Counted from the whole stretch's first letter, positions 1-10,794 are shown. The stretch: 63,164 nucleotides of DNA, filler included, from Stramenopiles sp. TOSAG23-2 (GCA_900128395.1; 15 parts of 15 records of this genome joined end to end with filler, not necessarily neighbours in it); one strand, 5' to 3'. Program-made: numbers and translations. Notes: generated from the sequence alone by a model not told the origin.

Positions 1-1637
1 TCTGTACCATAAAACGTTGTATCATCAACACTTTCAAAATTAGATGGCAATACAGTGGAAAGAAATTTATGATTTACTAACGTATGATTAATCATATGCA
101 ATACCCTCAATGGAGCATATGCAGGTGTCATATGACCTGAATCCCTTACAGTTACAAAGTGAAAATCAACATTGCAAGTTGTATTGAAATTACGTGTAAA
201 CCCGCCAATTTGTGGTCCGGAATTTTTAGTATGTAACGTTTGTCCCCATGCCCATGGTTTTTCTACAATAGTTCCCATGTCAGTACCAGTTCCATTGAAA
301 AACCATGGTCTACGTACTCCTCCATTAACTTCCGTCAAGTTTAATGCTTCAATTGCTTTTTCTGTACCATGAAGATTGACGACTGGATCAATATCTCCGC
401 TAGAAACAATAATTGTTTTAAAATTTAATGTACTTGGCTTTTGCTCTTTACTCATCATTATTATTTCTTTGTAAATGTCTAACATATCTGATGTCTTACG
501 ATCTGGATTGTTATTACATGCACTGTATTCTGAATGGTAATTTGGATATCCATTATTACCAATTTCAATATGATATACTTTGTTTTTACTTCCATTTGCA
601 TTTAATGCTGTTTTTACATCTTGTAAATTTAAATAACCAGGCAGGTTTACACCGCCAGATGGGCCAAAGGCATTCAAAGGATCGATATACATTGGTAAAT
701 TATATATTGGATTTGGCTGTACAGCATTTCCAATACCAGCTAATGCAATATCGTACATTCTCCATGCCTTGCGACAATCTACCGTCTTTACTTGCCGTCT
801 ATAATCACCAACAGATGTACGCCCGCTTGAACATGCTTTGCTTTCAATTGTATTTAATGTTCCCATTGATATAATACCTTTCTCATATGCAAAGCGTGGA
901 TTTAAATCAAGCCATCCAAATTGATATTTATTAGAAGTGCAAGGATCTGTAACAAAAATTCCATTTAAATTAATATCTTTGACATTTTCAACAGTTTCCA
1001 ATAGTAATTGTGTAAATGTTGGGATATAAACTCCAGCGTATGATTCTCCTGCTATATATAATGGACGGCCTTTGTATTCTGGAAACAATGGTTGGTTTTT
1101 ATTATCTCCAATAATAAAAGATTGTAAAAATTTTAAATTCTGTTCAGCAACTAAAGTATCTGATGTATTACAAGGTGAACAAGATCCAGATGTTTGTGGG
1201 CATGGTGATGTACCATCGTAACTTGATTTACAGTAAGAATAGCCAATGCCAGGTGCAAATTCAACGTATAAAACGTTTGCAATATTATTCCATGAATATG
1301 GATTTCGTAATAGCTTCATATCAGATTTCAAAAGATATGGGCCGTTCTCACCAAACAAACCAGCAAAACTAGAAGCACCTGGTCCACCGTTCATCCACCA
1401 TATTAATGGTTTATCCATAGGATTTTCTTCTGCTTCTACTAGCATATAAAATAAATTTGTATCAGTAGCTTGATCAACATTTACAAATCCAGTATACATA
1501 TTACTAGTTGATCGTTTACTATATGCTGGCATCCCAGGCAAATGATTCACTTTCTTTTTCGTATTATGTCCATTAACTGTAAATGTACATATTATTAATA
1601 ATACAGTTAAAAATACGAGGATGTTAGATAAATTCAT
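1..1637 (-). CDS. Serine carboxypeptidase, peptidase family S10, secreted; 3' end runs off the contig
   Basis: Missing from the ORF track because there is no stop in the window. Manual translation from ATG 1637 gives signal peptide MNLSNILVFLTVLLIICTFTVNG, then WMNGGPGASSFAGLFGENGP, catalytic Ser motif GESYAG, SGDIDPVV (Asp) and FVTVRDSGHMTPAYAP (His). Confidence 0.92.
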   Translation of the reverse strand, partial: MNLSNILVFLTVLLIICTFTVNGHNTKKKVNHLPGMPAYSKRSTSNMYTGFVNVDQATDTNLFYMLVEAEENPMDKPLIWWMNGGPGASSFAGLFGENGPYLLKSDMKLLRNPYSWNNIANVLYVEFAPGIGYSYCKSSYDGTSPCPQTSGSCSPCNTSDTLVAEQNLKFLQSFIIGDNKNQPLFPEYKGRPLYIAGESYAGVYIPTFTQLLLETVENVKDINLNGIFVTDPCTSNKYQFGWLDLNPRFAYEKGIISMGTLNTIESKACSSGRTSVGDYRRQVKTVDCRKAWRMYDIALAGIGNAVQPNPIYNLPMYIDPLNAFGPSGGVNLPGYLNLQDVKTALNANGSKNKVYHIEIGNNGYPNYHSEYSACNNNPDRKTSDMLDIYKEIIMMSKEQKPSTLNFKTIIVSSGDIDPVVNLHGTEKAIEALNLTEVNGGVRRPWFFNGTGTDMGTIVEKPWAWGQTLHTKNSGPQIGGFTRNFNTTCNVDFHFVTVRDSGHMTPAYAPLRVLHMINHTLVNHKFLSTVLPSNFESVDDTTFYGT

Positions 1638-2185
1638 TATATTATATATGATGTATATACCTTTTTTTATTCGGTTGTGGATTTTCTTTTGTATCTATAT
1701 ATAATTATTATTAATAGTATTAAAAAATATAGATATTACGATGTTGTTGTATATTTAATAATTAATTCAAAAAAATAAACTATGTGACATAATAGTGCAA
1801 TATGTATAAATACATGTACTAGACAGTGTCTGCACGTCGTCTAGCTCTAATAATAATAATAATTTTTAACAATATATATTTTAATTTGTGTGGTGGACCT
1901 TAAAGACGACCACGCACCTAATAGTACGCGTCTAATACGAGACAAAACGATTAAGGATTATTGGATTACAAATAAGCCGGTCAATTCTCTCCTCCTCCTC
2001 AGGTCAACCTCTTCTACATTAACATATACACATGTACGTATACAATAACAAAAAGATATGTCGTATACGTCAAAGTAAAGAGAACAAGACATATATCTAT
2101 AGAGAGAAACTATATAAACCTACATATTAGTATCAAAAAAAACACAAAAAATATTATATATATATATATATATAAGTTTAATATC

Positions 2186-3650
2186 ATGAAAATTACAATT
2201 TTATTTTTACTGCTAGCTGCAGCAACCACTGCATATGGAGCATCATGGAAGAAACCTGAAACAGCTTTTGCTTCCGCTTTGATAGGAGTTGCAACCCCAG
2301 AAGCAAAATCCGCATTTATCACAGGTGGTAGCAATGGGCAGGGTGCAGAAGCATTGAGTTCCGGTGATGGTGGAAAAACTTGGGCCAACATGGAAATCGG
2401 TAAATGTTTTTTGCTTTTAGACACTGGGGCTAACTCAGATACATCGATTGTTATCAATGGTTTATTTGGTGCACAGTATAGTACAGATGGAAAATCCTTT
2501 CAAGCCGCACGTGGCGGAGGTGGACGTACGTAAAAAAACTCCCCTAAACCTTACAAAAGATATACCCTCTAACACACTCATTCCTACGCTACGTTCCACA
2601 GAGGGTCAAAGTGTTGAAGGCTTCGGCAAAAGTTCCTACGGTATAGTAGGAGCATTTGGTGGTGTTGCTGGTGGAGTTGCTATATCAAATGATGGCGGCA
2701 AAACATTTGAATCAAATGCTGTGTCTGTTTTAGATGCAAATCATCCAGTCAGATACGGAGCTTATCCAACAGCAGATACATGGTTTGTCTCAGCTGGATC
2801 TTGGCCTTCTAATTCTAATTTTGGCAGTGATGAAAAGACTGTATTGATTAAGCAGGTGAGCGAAACCATACAGGTTCGTCAAGATCGTAAAACTGGTGAA
2901 GTTTTCTATCATTACATTAATCCAAAAGAGTTAAGAAGCAACCCATCTTCTAATAATATCACTGCATACCATGCTGCTATTACCAAAACGACGTAAGTAA
3001 ATTCAATTCCCCTAAACCTAAAAAAGATATACCCTCTAACACGTCGCATACGCTACGCTCCACAGTGATGGTGGCAAAACATTTGAGAAATTATTTGAGA
3101 AAGACAATGCATGTTTCTATTTCAATGGCATTGATTGTTTTGATGATATGAGTTGCATTGCAGCTGCTGAAGGCCATAATTGTGCTAATCCTGGTGCATA
3201 CTTTTATGTGACCCATGATGGTGGCAAGACATGGAATGTGACAGGATCAGATGCAGGTGGTGGTGCCATGGGAGCTCGCATGGTCTCGAAAACTGAAGGT
3301 TGGATTGCTGGAGGTGGGGCAAATAAACTTGGACGTAAGTAAATTCTATTCTCGTAGATCTAAAATAGATATAACTTCTAACACATCACGCATTCATATG
3401 CTACGCTACACAGTTATGGAAGGAAGAATGTTCCATACAACAGTAAGTAAAATTCCCCTAAACAACCTAAAAAATTTATCCTCTCTAACACATCACTTAT
3501 TCTTATATACGTCAGGATGGAGGTTCGACTTGGGAGAAAGTTATTATTGATGGTGTCATCCCATTGGGCCTTGATTGTGCAGATGCGGATAATTGTGTTG
3601 CTACCGCTGTAACAAACACAAGACAAGCAACGGTTGCTCTTTATAATTAA
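2186..3650 (+). CDS. Secreted Asp-box/BNR-repeat beta-propeller protein (YCF48/VPS10-like fold); 5 exons: 2186-2525, 2602-2992, 3066-3334, 3414-3442, 3516-3650
   Basis: Signal peptide MKITILFLLLAAATTAYGA. Removing four GT-AG introns joins the fragmentary ORFs into one frame with repeated Asp-boxes (SGDGGKTW, STDGKSF, SNDGGKTF, TTDGGKTF, THDGGKTW, TTDGGSTW), ending ALYN-TAA at 3648-3650. Confidence 0.88.
2526..2601 (+). other. Spliceosomal intron 1 (76 nt, phase 1), introner-like
   Basis: GTACGT...CTAAC...CCACAG. Removal restores the frame (C+AG = Gln). Similar in sequence to introns 2-4. Confidence 0.88.
2993..3065 (+). other. Spliceosomal intron 2 (73 nt, phase 2), introner-like
   Basis: GTAAGT...CTAAC...CCACAG. 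Removal gives KTT-DGGKTF and completes an Asp-box. Confidence 0.92.
3335..3413 (+). other. Spliceosomal intron 3 (79 nt, phase 1), introner-like
   Basis: GTAAGT...CTAAC...ACACAG. Removal restores the frame into a 29-nt micro-exon. Confidence 0.88.
3443..3515 (+). other. Spliceosomal intron 4 (73 nt, phase 0), introner-like
   Basis: GTAAGT...CTAAC...GTCAG. Removal gives HTT-DGGSTW and completes an Asp-box. Confidence 0.9.
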
Positions 3651-3917
3651 ATTGCAGCATATGTAAAATATATAGAGAGAGATATACAAACCGCGATCAT
3701 TAAAACTTGCGCTTACAATAATCGTTTTGCTTTAAAATGTGCATTTGGCAAGTCGTATTATAAGTTGTTGTAACCCGGTACAATTTATTCTCCGCCTTCA
3801 TATGATGTCCGTTTTTCATCAACTGCAAGTTGATACCATCTATTTACCTTCTCATTGGTGTGAGATAGATACTTATTGTCTCAGTTATTGTATTCTTTCT
3901 GGAGAGTAGGAATTATC

Positions 3918-4038
3918 ATGAGTATAAATTAAAAAATAAATTATGCGTAAACTTAAAATTTTAAAATATAAAAATATCATATAATATTGTATTTTAATTA
4001 ATTAGATTAATGCATAACTTATTTTTTAATTTACTCAT
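3918..4038. mobile_element. Possible AT-rich MITE with imperfect ~32-bp terminal inverted repeats
   Basis: ATGAGTATAAATTAAAAAATAAATTATGCGTAAA (3918-3951) matches the reverse complement of 4007-4038 (ATGAGTAAATTAAAAAATAAGTTATGCATTAA). Related end sequences lie on other contigs at ~5328-5353, ~13146-13175 and ~54940-54960. No clear target-site duplication (TSD). Confidence 0.4.
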
Positions 4039-4147
4039 ATTTATAATATTTCGTGTATTTTAAAGAAACAGGACACCACACACACACTTTAAGAAACTTA
4101 ACGCTTTTTTAAAACGCTAAAAAATGTATTAGCCGCCAATATTAGAC

Positions 4148-4247
4148 NNNNNNNNNNNNNNNNNNNNNNNNNNNNNNNNNNNNNNNNNNNNTTAATTAAT
4201 TAANNNNNNNNNNNNNNNNNNNNNNNNNNNNNNNNNNNNNNNNNNNN
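4148..4247. other. Artificial contig linker (N44-TTAATTAATTAA-N44), first of 14
   Basis: The same 100-nt linker, with stops in all six frames, also occurs at 8382, 12613, 16840, 21066, 25292, 29509, 33720, 37931, 42141, 46349, 50557, 54762 and 58964. The contigs between them never increase in length (4147 down to 4101 bp). Confidence 0.98.
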
Positions 4248-4248
4248 C

Positions 4249-4995
4249 GTTTCATCATCAATATCTGTTGAATCTATTTATCGAGAAAAATTACTAGATA
4301 CAAATCCATTAACATGGCTTTTACAACGGCAAATAAAACGAAATATAGAAAGAATGCCACGTTTAATTGCCATTATTCGTGCAAAAAATGCAAGAATGGC
4401 AATACAACGTGGTATTGAATTAGTTGAAATGGGGTGTAAAGCTGTTGAAGTGACATTTGATACTGCTGATTTTGAAAATGTCTTACGAACACTTGTTAAT
4501 CGTTGTGGTAGCCGCGCACTTGTTGGTGTTGGTACAGCTATGTCAGTAGAAGATGTACGTATAGCAGCCAAACTAGGTGCTCAATTTGCATTATCACCAA
4601 TTAATCCTCCTGGTTTTGTTCAAGAATGCATTCGTTTAGGATTGTTAGCTGTACCTGCTGCATTTACACCTACTGAAGTATGGCGTGCACATTGCGAAGG
4701 TGCTCATTTCGTAAAACTATTTCCTGCACATTTATGGAATGCATCAACATTAAAAGCAATGTTGACTACTGGTAAATTAGCAAATGTCAGAGTTATGCCA
4801 AGTGGTGGTATATCACCAGAAACAGCGGAAAGTTGGTTCAATGCCGGTGCTGCTGGCGTTGGTATGGGTTCATGTTTATGTGGTAAAGATATTAAAATTG
4901 CAGATGAAAATAGTGAAGAATTTAAGAAAGCACGTGATGCATGGGATAGTAATGGGAAACATGTTGCAAAGAAAGCATTTGCAGAGTTGAATTGA
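4249..4995 (+). CDS. eda: KDPG/KHG aldolase family protein; frame stays open upstream of Met 4354 to the contig edge
   Basis: Family motifs LIAIIR, AVEVTF, LVGVGT, GAQFALSP, PAAFTPTE, Schiff-base Lys in VKLFPA, MPSGGI and AGVGMGS. Confidence 0.88.
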   Translation, partial: VSSSISVESIYREKLLDTNPLTWLLQRQIKRNIERMPRLIAIIRAKNARMAIQRGIELVEMGCKAVEVTFDTADFENVLRTLVNRCGSRALVGVGTAMSVEDVRIAAKLGAQFALSPINPPGFVQECIRLGLLAVPAAFTPTEVWRAHCEGAHFVKLFPAHLWNASTLKAMLTTGKLANVRVMPSGGISPETAESWFNAGAAGVGMGSCLCGKDIKIADENSEEFKKARDAWDSNGKHVAKKAFAELN

Positions 4996-5244
4996 AGGAG
5001 AGTGTGATTTAAATGTGTACGTACATTAGAGTGGTGTAAATATATTCGTAACATATCATATATATCATAATACAGAGTTCATTTTTCATTTTTTATTACA
5101 CGACTGCAAAGAAAGCATTTGCAGAGTTGAATTGAAGGAGAGTGTGATTTAAATGTGTACGTACATTAGAGTGGTGTAAATATATTCGTAACATATCATA
5201 TATATCATAATACAGAGTTCATTTTTCATTTTTTATTACACGAC
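4965..5244 (+). repeat. Perfect 140-bp tandem duplication covering the aldolase stop codon and 3' UTR
   Basis: 4965-5104 is identical to 5105-5244 (TGCAAAGAAAGC...TTACACGAC). Confidence 0.95.
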
Positions 5245-5429
5245 TTATATTTTACGAATATTTTTAACCACACAGTATATATGTTGTATGTATATTATAT
5301 ATACCACAATAAATATATCGGAGATCTAAAAATAAGTTAGTTATGCATTAATTAAATATATCGGAGATCTATATTTAAGAACGCAGTTGGAAAAATGATA
5401 TGCAAAGTAAATATATTTTACACTTGCTC

Positions 5430-6206
5430 TTACACCATAAAAACCTCATTGATTCTATTATTTTTATATACACTATAACGATCTAAATGCAATGCCCCAC
5501 CTTTTGCTACATATTTATAATCTATCAACAGTTCATATCTTAAATATTCTTCTACTACACGTCGAATATTTGCTTTTTTATTATTACTATGATTTCCTCT
5601 ACCAAGTATTACAATTAGATTTTGTTGACGATTTTCAATTTGAATTGTATGTAATACATATCGTATTCCACTTAATACAGAATATCTATTATGTTGATGT
5701 AAATCAAAAATGTAGTTAGAAAGTTTTCTCTCGTTTGCTTCTCCACCGTGTTTCTTTATCCATTTATTATTGTTGTTATTATTGTTGTTATTATTATTAA
5801 GCGGTTTTTCAATATTCATTTTATTTTGTTGTAACATTTGAAAATATAATAAATCACTAATATTTTCAGAAATGTTAAAATTTTCATTATTATTATGGTT
5901 TATAGCATAAATTAACGAATGATATGAACTAGCATTTAACTGATCAATATTTTCATTGCATATATTTACAATTTCTTTCTTTATCACTGTTTCATTATTA
6001 TCACAATTATCATTATTATTAGTCAACATCAATTCAAATATGTTATGTTTAATTTTATTCACGTCCTCATTATCATCCTTTGCAAAATTTGAAAATAATT
6101 TTGAATAATTACTTTGGATCCTATTTTGTTGATAACAACAACCTGCTATTGTATATTGTTTCTTATTTACATTTTTTATATTATTGATTATTATTTTTTT
6201 CCACAT
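5430..6206 (-). CDS. Smr (small MutS-related) domain protein, possibly organelle-targeted
   Basis: C-terminal Smr pattern FDLHQ...LIVILGRGNHS...IRRVVEEYL...GGAL. The N-terminus is basic and nearly free of acidic residues (...SKLFSN). Confidence 0.7.
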   Translation of the reverse strand: MWKKIIINNIKNVNKKQYTIAGCCYQQNRIQSNYSKLFSNFAKDDNEDVNKIKHNIFELMLTNNNDNCDNNETVIKKEIVNICNENIDQLNASSYHSLIYAINHNNNENFNISENISDLLYFQMLQQNKMNIEKPLNNNNNNNNNNNKWIKKHGGEANERKLSNYIFDLHQHNRYSVLSGIRYVLHTIQIENRQQNLIVILGRGNHSNNKKANIRRVVEEYLRYELLIDYKYVAKGGALHLDRYSVYKNNRINEVFMV

Positions 6207-6965
6207 TTCTTATATATCGACACACCGAGAAAGAGAGAGAGATAAATCAATCAAAATTATTATTCTTACTATTTACTATAATACAAAACTATCTAAATCA
6301 TCATCCACATAGGTATGTATATTTTTTTGTTTTCACGGTCAATTTATGATATTTATATATATAGTGGGTTATGCTTGGTATAGTGTATAGTATCCTATAG
6401 GGGCAGAAAATGGCCAAATAATGGCCACGAAATAGCATCACACAGCACTCACTACAATTTTCTAGCACGTACACACCATTAGTAATGCTATTCCATCCTA
6501 AGTTCAAAATTGGCCGGAGCAGGCACACAGGATGGGTTAAAAAACATCAATAAATTATATCGATACACTATAGGAAAATGGGTCTCACTATTTCCATTAG
6601 CATGACATAGCATTACATCGTATTGTATAGGTAATCAGTAGTAATTAGTCTACATAAAGTACAAGTGGCCATTCGACCACCCCCTACACTACAGGACAGG
6701 ATACTTCAGCTGGTCATGACTTCATCATCACATCATCACATTCAAAAAAAAGATAGTAGTAGTATAGTAGTGCTATAGCCATAATTTTTTTATTATTATT
6801 TATATATATATATATATTTTATCATTTTTTACATATACATGGAGAGATATAGGATGGAAGGCGACAAGGAGAAATAGAATAGACCAGATATATTATTATT
6901 ATTCATACATTTCTAATATTATCATTACGTATATTGAGAGAAAGTGTGATATATAGAAAAACAAA

Positions 6966-7795
6966 ATGAAAGTGTTATTTGTAATTGCAATCGCATTGTG
7001 CGCAATGGTTTATGCATCAGCACAAGTTGCACATTATTTGTAATTGCAATCGCATTGTGCGCAATGGTTTGTGATGCACAAGTTGCACCACAAGAATTAA
7101 AAAAAGCATTATTGGATTTATATAAAGCAACAAATGGTGATACGTGGACTACGAAGACAAATTGGAATACGGGGAATGATATATGTACATGGTATGGTGT
7201 GAAATGCCTTGAACATATGCAAAATGTTACTACCGACTTAGTTTTAAAATCAAACAATTTAGTTGGATCGATCCCAGCATCAATTAGTGTCTTGAAAGAT
7301 TTAAAAACATTGGATTTATCAGGTAATAAACTAACTGGCGTAATTCCATCAACTATTTCTGATTTGTATGTTTTACGGTTTTTATATTTAAATAACAATA
7401 TGCTTGAAGGACCATTGCCAGCTATGATATATAATCAAAATGTAACATTTCCAGTTGGAACCTATTTGCGTGAATTGAATTTAGAGCAAAATAAGCTTAG
7501 TGGTGATATTCCAAATACATGGTTTGGTCCAAGCCAAGCACCTACATTCCCCCCACCCGTAAATTTACAAGTCATCAACATGCGTTATAATAATTTGACT
7601 GGGACGATACCAGATTCGATAAGCAATGCACATGATTTAACTACATTATTATTAAGTTATAATGATATGACTGGTGATTTAAATGCATCAAAAGTATTGG
7701 ATTCCTGGCTTGGTACTCGTAAATATTGTGATTTAAATGGTAACAATTGGAAAGGCGATGTTCCAGATGCTGTTAAAAAAGCATGCTTTCCATAA
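6966..7795 (+). CDS. Secreted plant-type LRR protein (PGIP/LRR-receptor ectodomain-like); signal-peptide region disrupted by a 59-bp duplication
   Basis: N-cap ALLDLYKATNGDTW...NW...ICTWYGVKC, then LxLxxNxLxGxIP repeats. The natural ATG at 6966 (MKVLFVIAIALCAMV) reaches TAA at 7041 because 6975-7033 is repeated from 7034. Confidence 0.85.
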
Positions 7796-8481
7796 AATCA
7801 AGAAACCCAAACCAAGCAAACACAATCTATTATTATTGAAATCTAAATCTATATACAAAAATATATTTCATGTCGGAAAGTGCACAAGTCCAGAAGTCGG
7901 AAAACAAAGTAAAAGTAGAGAGGATCCTCTCTAAGTAAAAGGTAAAAAAAGAATAACTATAAACCACTAGAAATATTAGGACTGAAGACTGAATATAAAA
8001 AATTCCTTAATTCAATTGTAATATATATATAGGCATTTTATTATATTTAGATTACCTTATTAGCTATAATAAGTATAATTTCTTCGGGGCTACGTGCTAT
8101 ACACTAATACGGTCTTTTTTTTTTGTTTTTTTTTGTTGTTGTTGAATAATCAGTAGAATCAGGGTACCTGTGGTAATCCACCACCAGGTATAATAATAAT
8201 GGCAAAATGCACTAATATAAATAAAAAAATATATATTATTGCAAGTCGTTTTTTAGTAATTATTTATACAGAGGTATTATACTTTCGTATAATATATATT
8301 ATATATAATAAAACTTCAAAAAAAACAAATAAATGGGAAATAAAACATCGAAAATTATCGTACGTAAACAATATATAAGAANNNNNNNNNNNNNNNNNNN
8401 NNNNNNNNNNNNNNNNNNNNNNNNNTTAATTAATTAANNNNNNNNNNNNNNNNNNNNNNNNNNNNNNNNNNNNNNNNNNNN

Positions 8482-10302
8482 TTGCTGCATCATGTTGTTG
8501 TTGTTTAACATCATCATTATGTTCACATACAAAATGTTCTAGACGTGTATCAACATTTATGGTAAGTAAATAATGTATAATATAATAAATAATGAAATAA
8601 ACACAAAATAAAAACAACATTTATCATACTAACAATTTATATATAAATACAGTATGTATTAATCACTATATTTACATGTATTTTAGCTGCAATATTAAAA
8701 GTATACGTAGCACCTGAACATATAAAATCTGCAAAAGCTATTGCTGGCGAAGACGTATGGAATACAAAAGAAGGTGCAGAAAAACATTTATATTATGCAG
8801 TAAATGATTGTGCATTACGTGCAACAAATATATTAAATGTTACAACAAATAGTGTAAGCAATAATGCAGCTGATGCAGTATATGACGAAAAAGTTATGCT
8901 AAAACCTGATGGTACAATTGTGACACGTGATGATATTATCATTGAATGTGTTGGTAATTACTTTGTCTATCGCGCATCGTTTACGTTAACAATATTTTAT
9001 ATTGTATTGGTATTTGCAACTGCTGCATTAACTGTTGCGCATAACGGTTGTTGGGCATTTAAATTTGGTATATATGGTATAGGTTTTGTATTGACATTTT
9101 TTTTACCAAATCCAATTTTTTATATCTTTGCTGGTTTTGCACGTGCATTTTCCATCATATTTATATTGTTGCAAATATTTATATTAGTTGATTTTGCATT
9201 TGAATGGTGGGAAGATTTTATGAAGAAAATCAAAACATCAGCAGATGAACCAATCCCATTTCTATGTTGTCACGTAACATCACTTGGTTTGAAATGTTTA
9301 TTTATAACAAGTTGTATTGGTTTGTTTTTATGTGGAATAATTGGTAGTATATTATTATATGCACTTTATAGTGGTGGTAAAAATGATGTGACTGGGGAAG
9401 ATGAATCATGTGGTTTGAATATATTATTTACTACAATTACATTATTACTTGGTATTCTTGCAATTGTATGTGGTGTGATTGATTTAAAAGGTGCACCATC
9501 AATTGGATTACTTGTACCAAATGTTGTTTTTTCATATTGTGTTTACATCACATGGACTGCAGCAATCAATAATCCAGAAAAAGGTTGTAATCCAACTGCT
9601 GGTTCATTTGGTAGTGATGGCGGGATGATCTTTTTTGGTATTTGTGTAACTGCATTTTCATTGGCATGGGCAAGTTTAAGAACTGCATGGGCGACACAAG
9701 ATCTTGTAAAATCAACCTCATCAGCAGATGTAACACTTGAAGATATTGAAGCAACGATGGACGATGATGATGATAGTAAAGAAGGCAAACGTCGTAAACG
9801 ACAAAAAGAACGGGAACGAAAGAAAAAAGAACGGGAAGAAAAGAGAAAAAAGAAGAAAAAGAAGAAAAAAGATGATGATGATGATGCAAATATGATTTCA
9901 CAAGATGATGATAATGATGTTGAACAACGTAATAATAAAAAAAAGAAAGATGATGATGATGATGAAAATGGTAACGCATTGCAACATTCAGATGATGATT
10001 CAGATGATGAGGGAAAAGGTGAAGATAAAGATTTAACAAAAGAAGATGAAGATGATAAAGATCGTTATCATTGGTTATTTCATTTAATCATGGCATTTGG
10101 TGCTGTATATGTTGCGATGTTATTAAGTGATTGGGGTAATGGTACTGGTATGACACGTGAAGAAAACGATGCGACTGCATATACAGCTATGTGGGTAAAT
10201 GCAATTGGATCATGGTGTGCATATTTCTTATTTATGTGGATACGTTTTGCACCTATTTGTTGTCCAGGTAGAGATTTCAATATGGAACGAGAGAATTTTT
10301 AG
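8482..10302 (+). CDS. SERINC: SERINC/TMS1 (serine incorporator) family membrane protein; 5' truncated, intron 8562-8652
   Basis: Cys-rich start AASCCCCLTSSLCSHTKCSRRVSTFM, then GTAAGT...TACTAAC...TACAG, then YVLITIF in frame with ORF 8896. Motifs VYRASF, HNGCWAFK, FILLQIFILVDFA, FHLIMAFGAVYVAMLLSDW and APICCPGRDF. Confidence 0.92.
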
Positions 10303-10794
10303 AAAGATGTTCGTTGTATTACGTAGGTCGTAGATGAGATACGAACTCGTATATAAAAATGGTAAATGTGTGTACGAGCCGACGAGCCGTCAGTATTGAA
10401 ATACGACGCGTATAAATTTTAGAGTGTGATATTTGTTCAATATATTAATATTAAAAGTGTAAGGAAGACATTTAACTTTTTTTTATAAAAAAATAAGCAC
10501 CGCACCCACACACACAGTATAATTAGTCGAGCTAGCTCTTACACCACACGCTCCCTAATCTCTGTCTCCCACTACTGTCTCTCCGTCAATAAATAATTTA
10601 GGCATATATATATATGTATATCTCTTTTCAATCCATCTTTCTTGCATATATACATCATATATATTATATAATAATAATAATCAAATGTGTCGCGCGTGGC
10701 AATCAAGTTTTTTAACACACACACATTGTTATATCATTTCTCTTGTTTCATCTTTTCAGTTCCATTCAAGTTCAAATTACGTATCATATATTCT

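Noticed and set aside
428-1449. Plus-strand ORFs 428-874, 1163-1372 and 1246-1449, and similar antisense ORFs such as 15074-15568 and 48952-49587
   Set aside because: They are shadows of well-supported genes on the opposite strand.
4192-4203. TTAATTAATTAA recurring every ~4.2 kb as a possible biological repeat
   Set aside because: Always embedded in N44 flanks, with contigs sorted by length. It is an assembly-concatenation linker, and ORFs that run into it (ending in LIN or N) are artefacts.
4965-5244. 140-bp tandem duplication as a functional element
   Set aside because: It is a perfect copy of about read length and leaves the protein unchanged. An assembly or amplification artefact is at least as likely.
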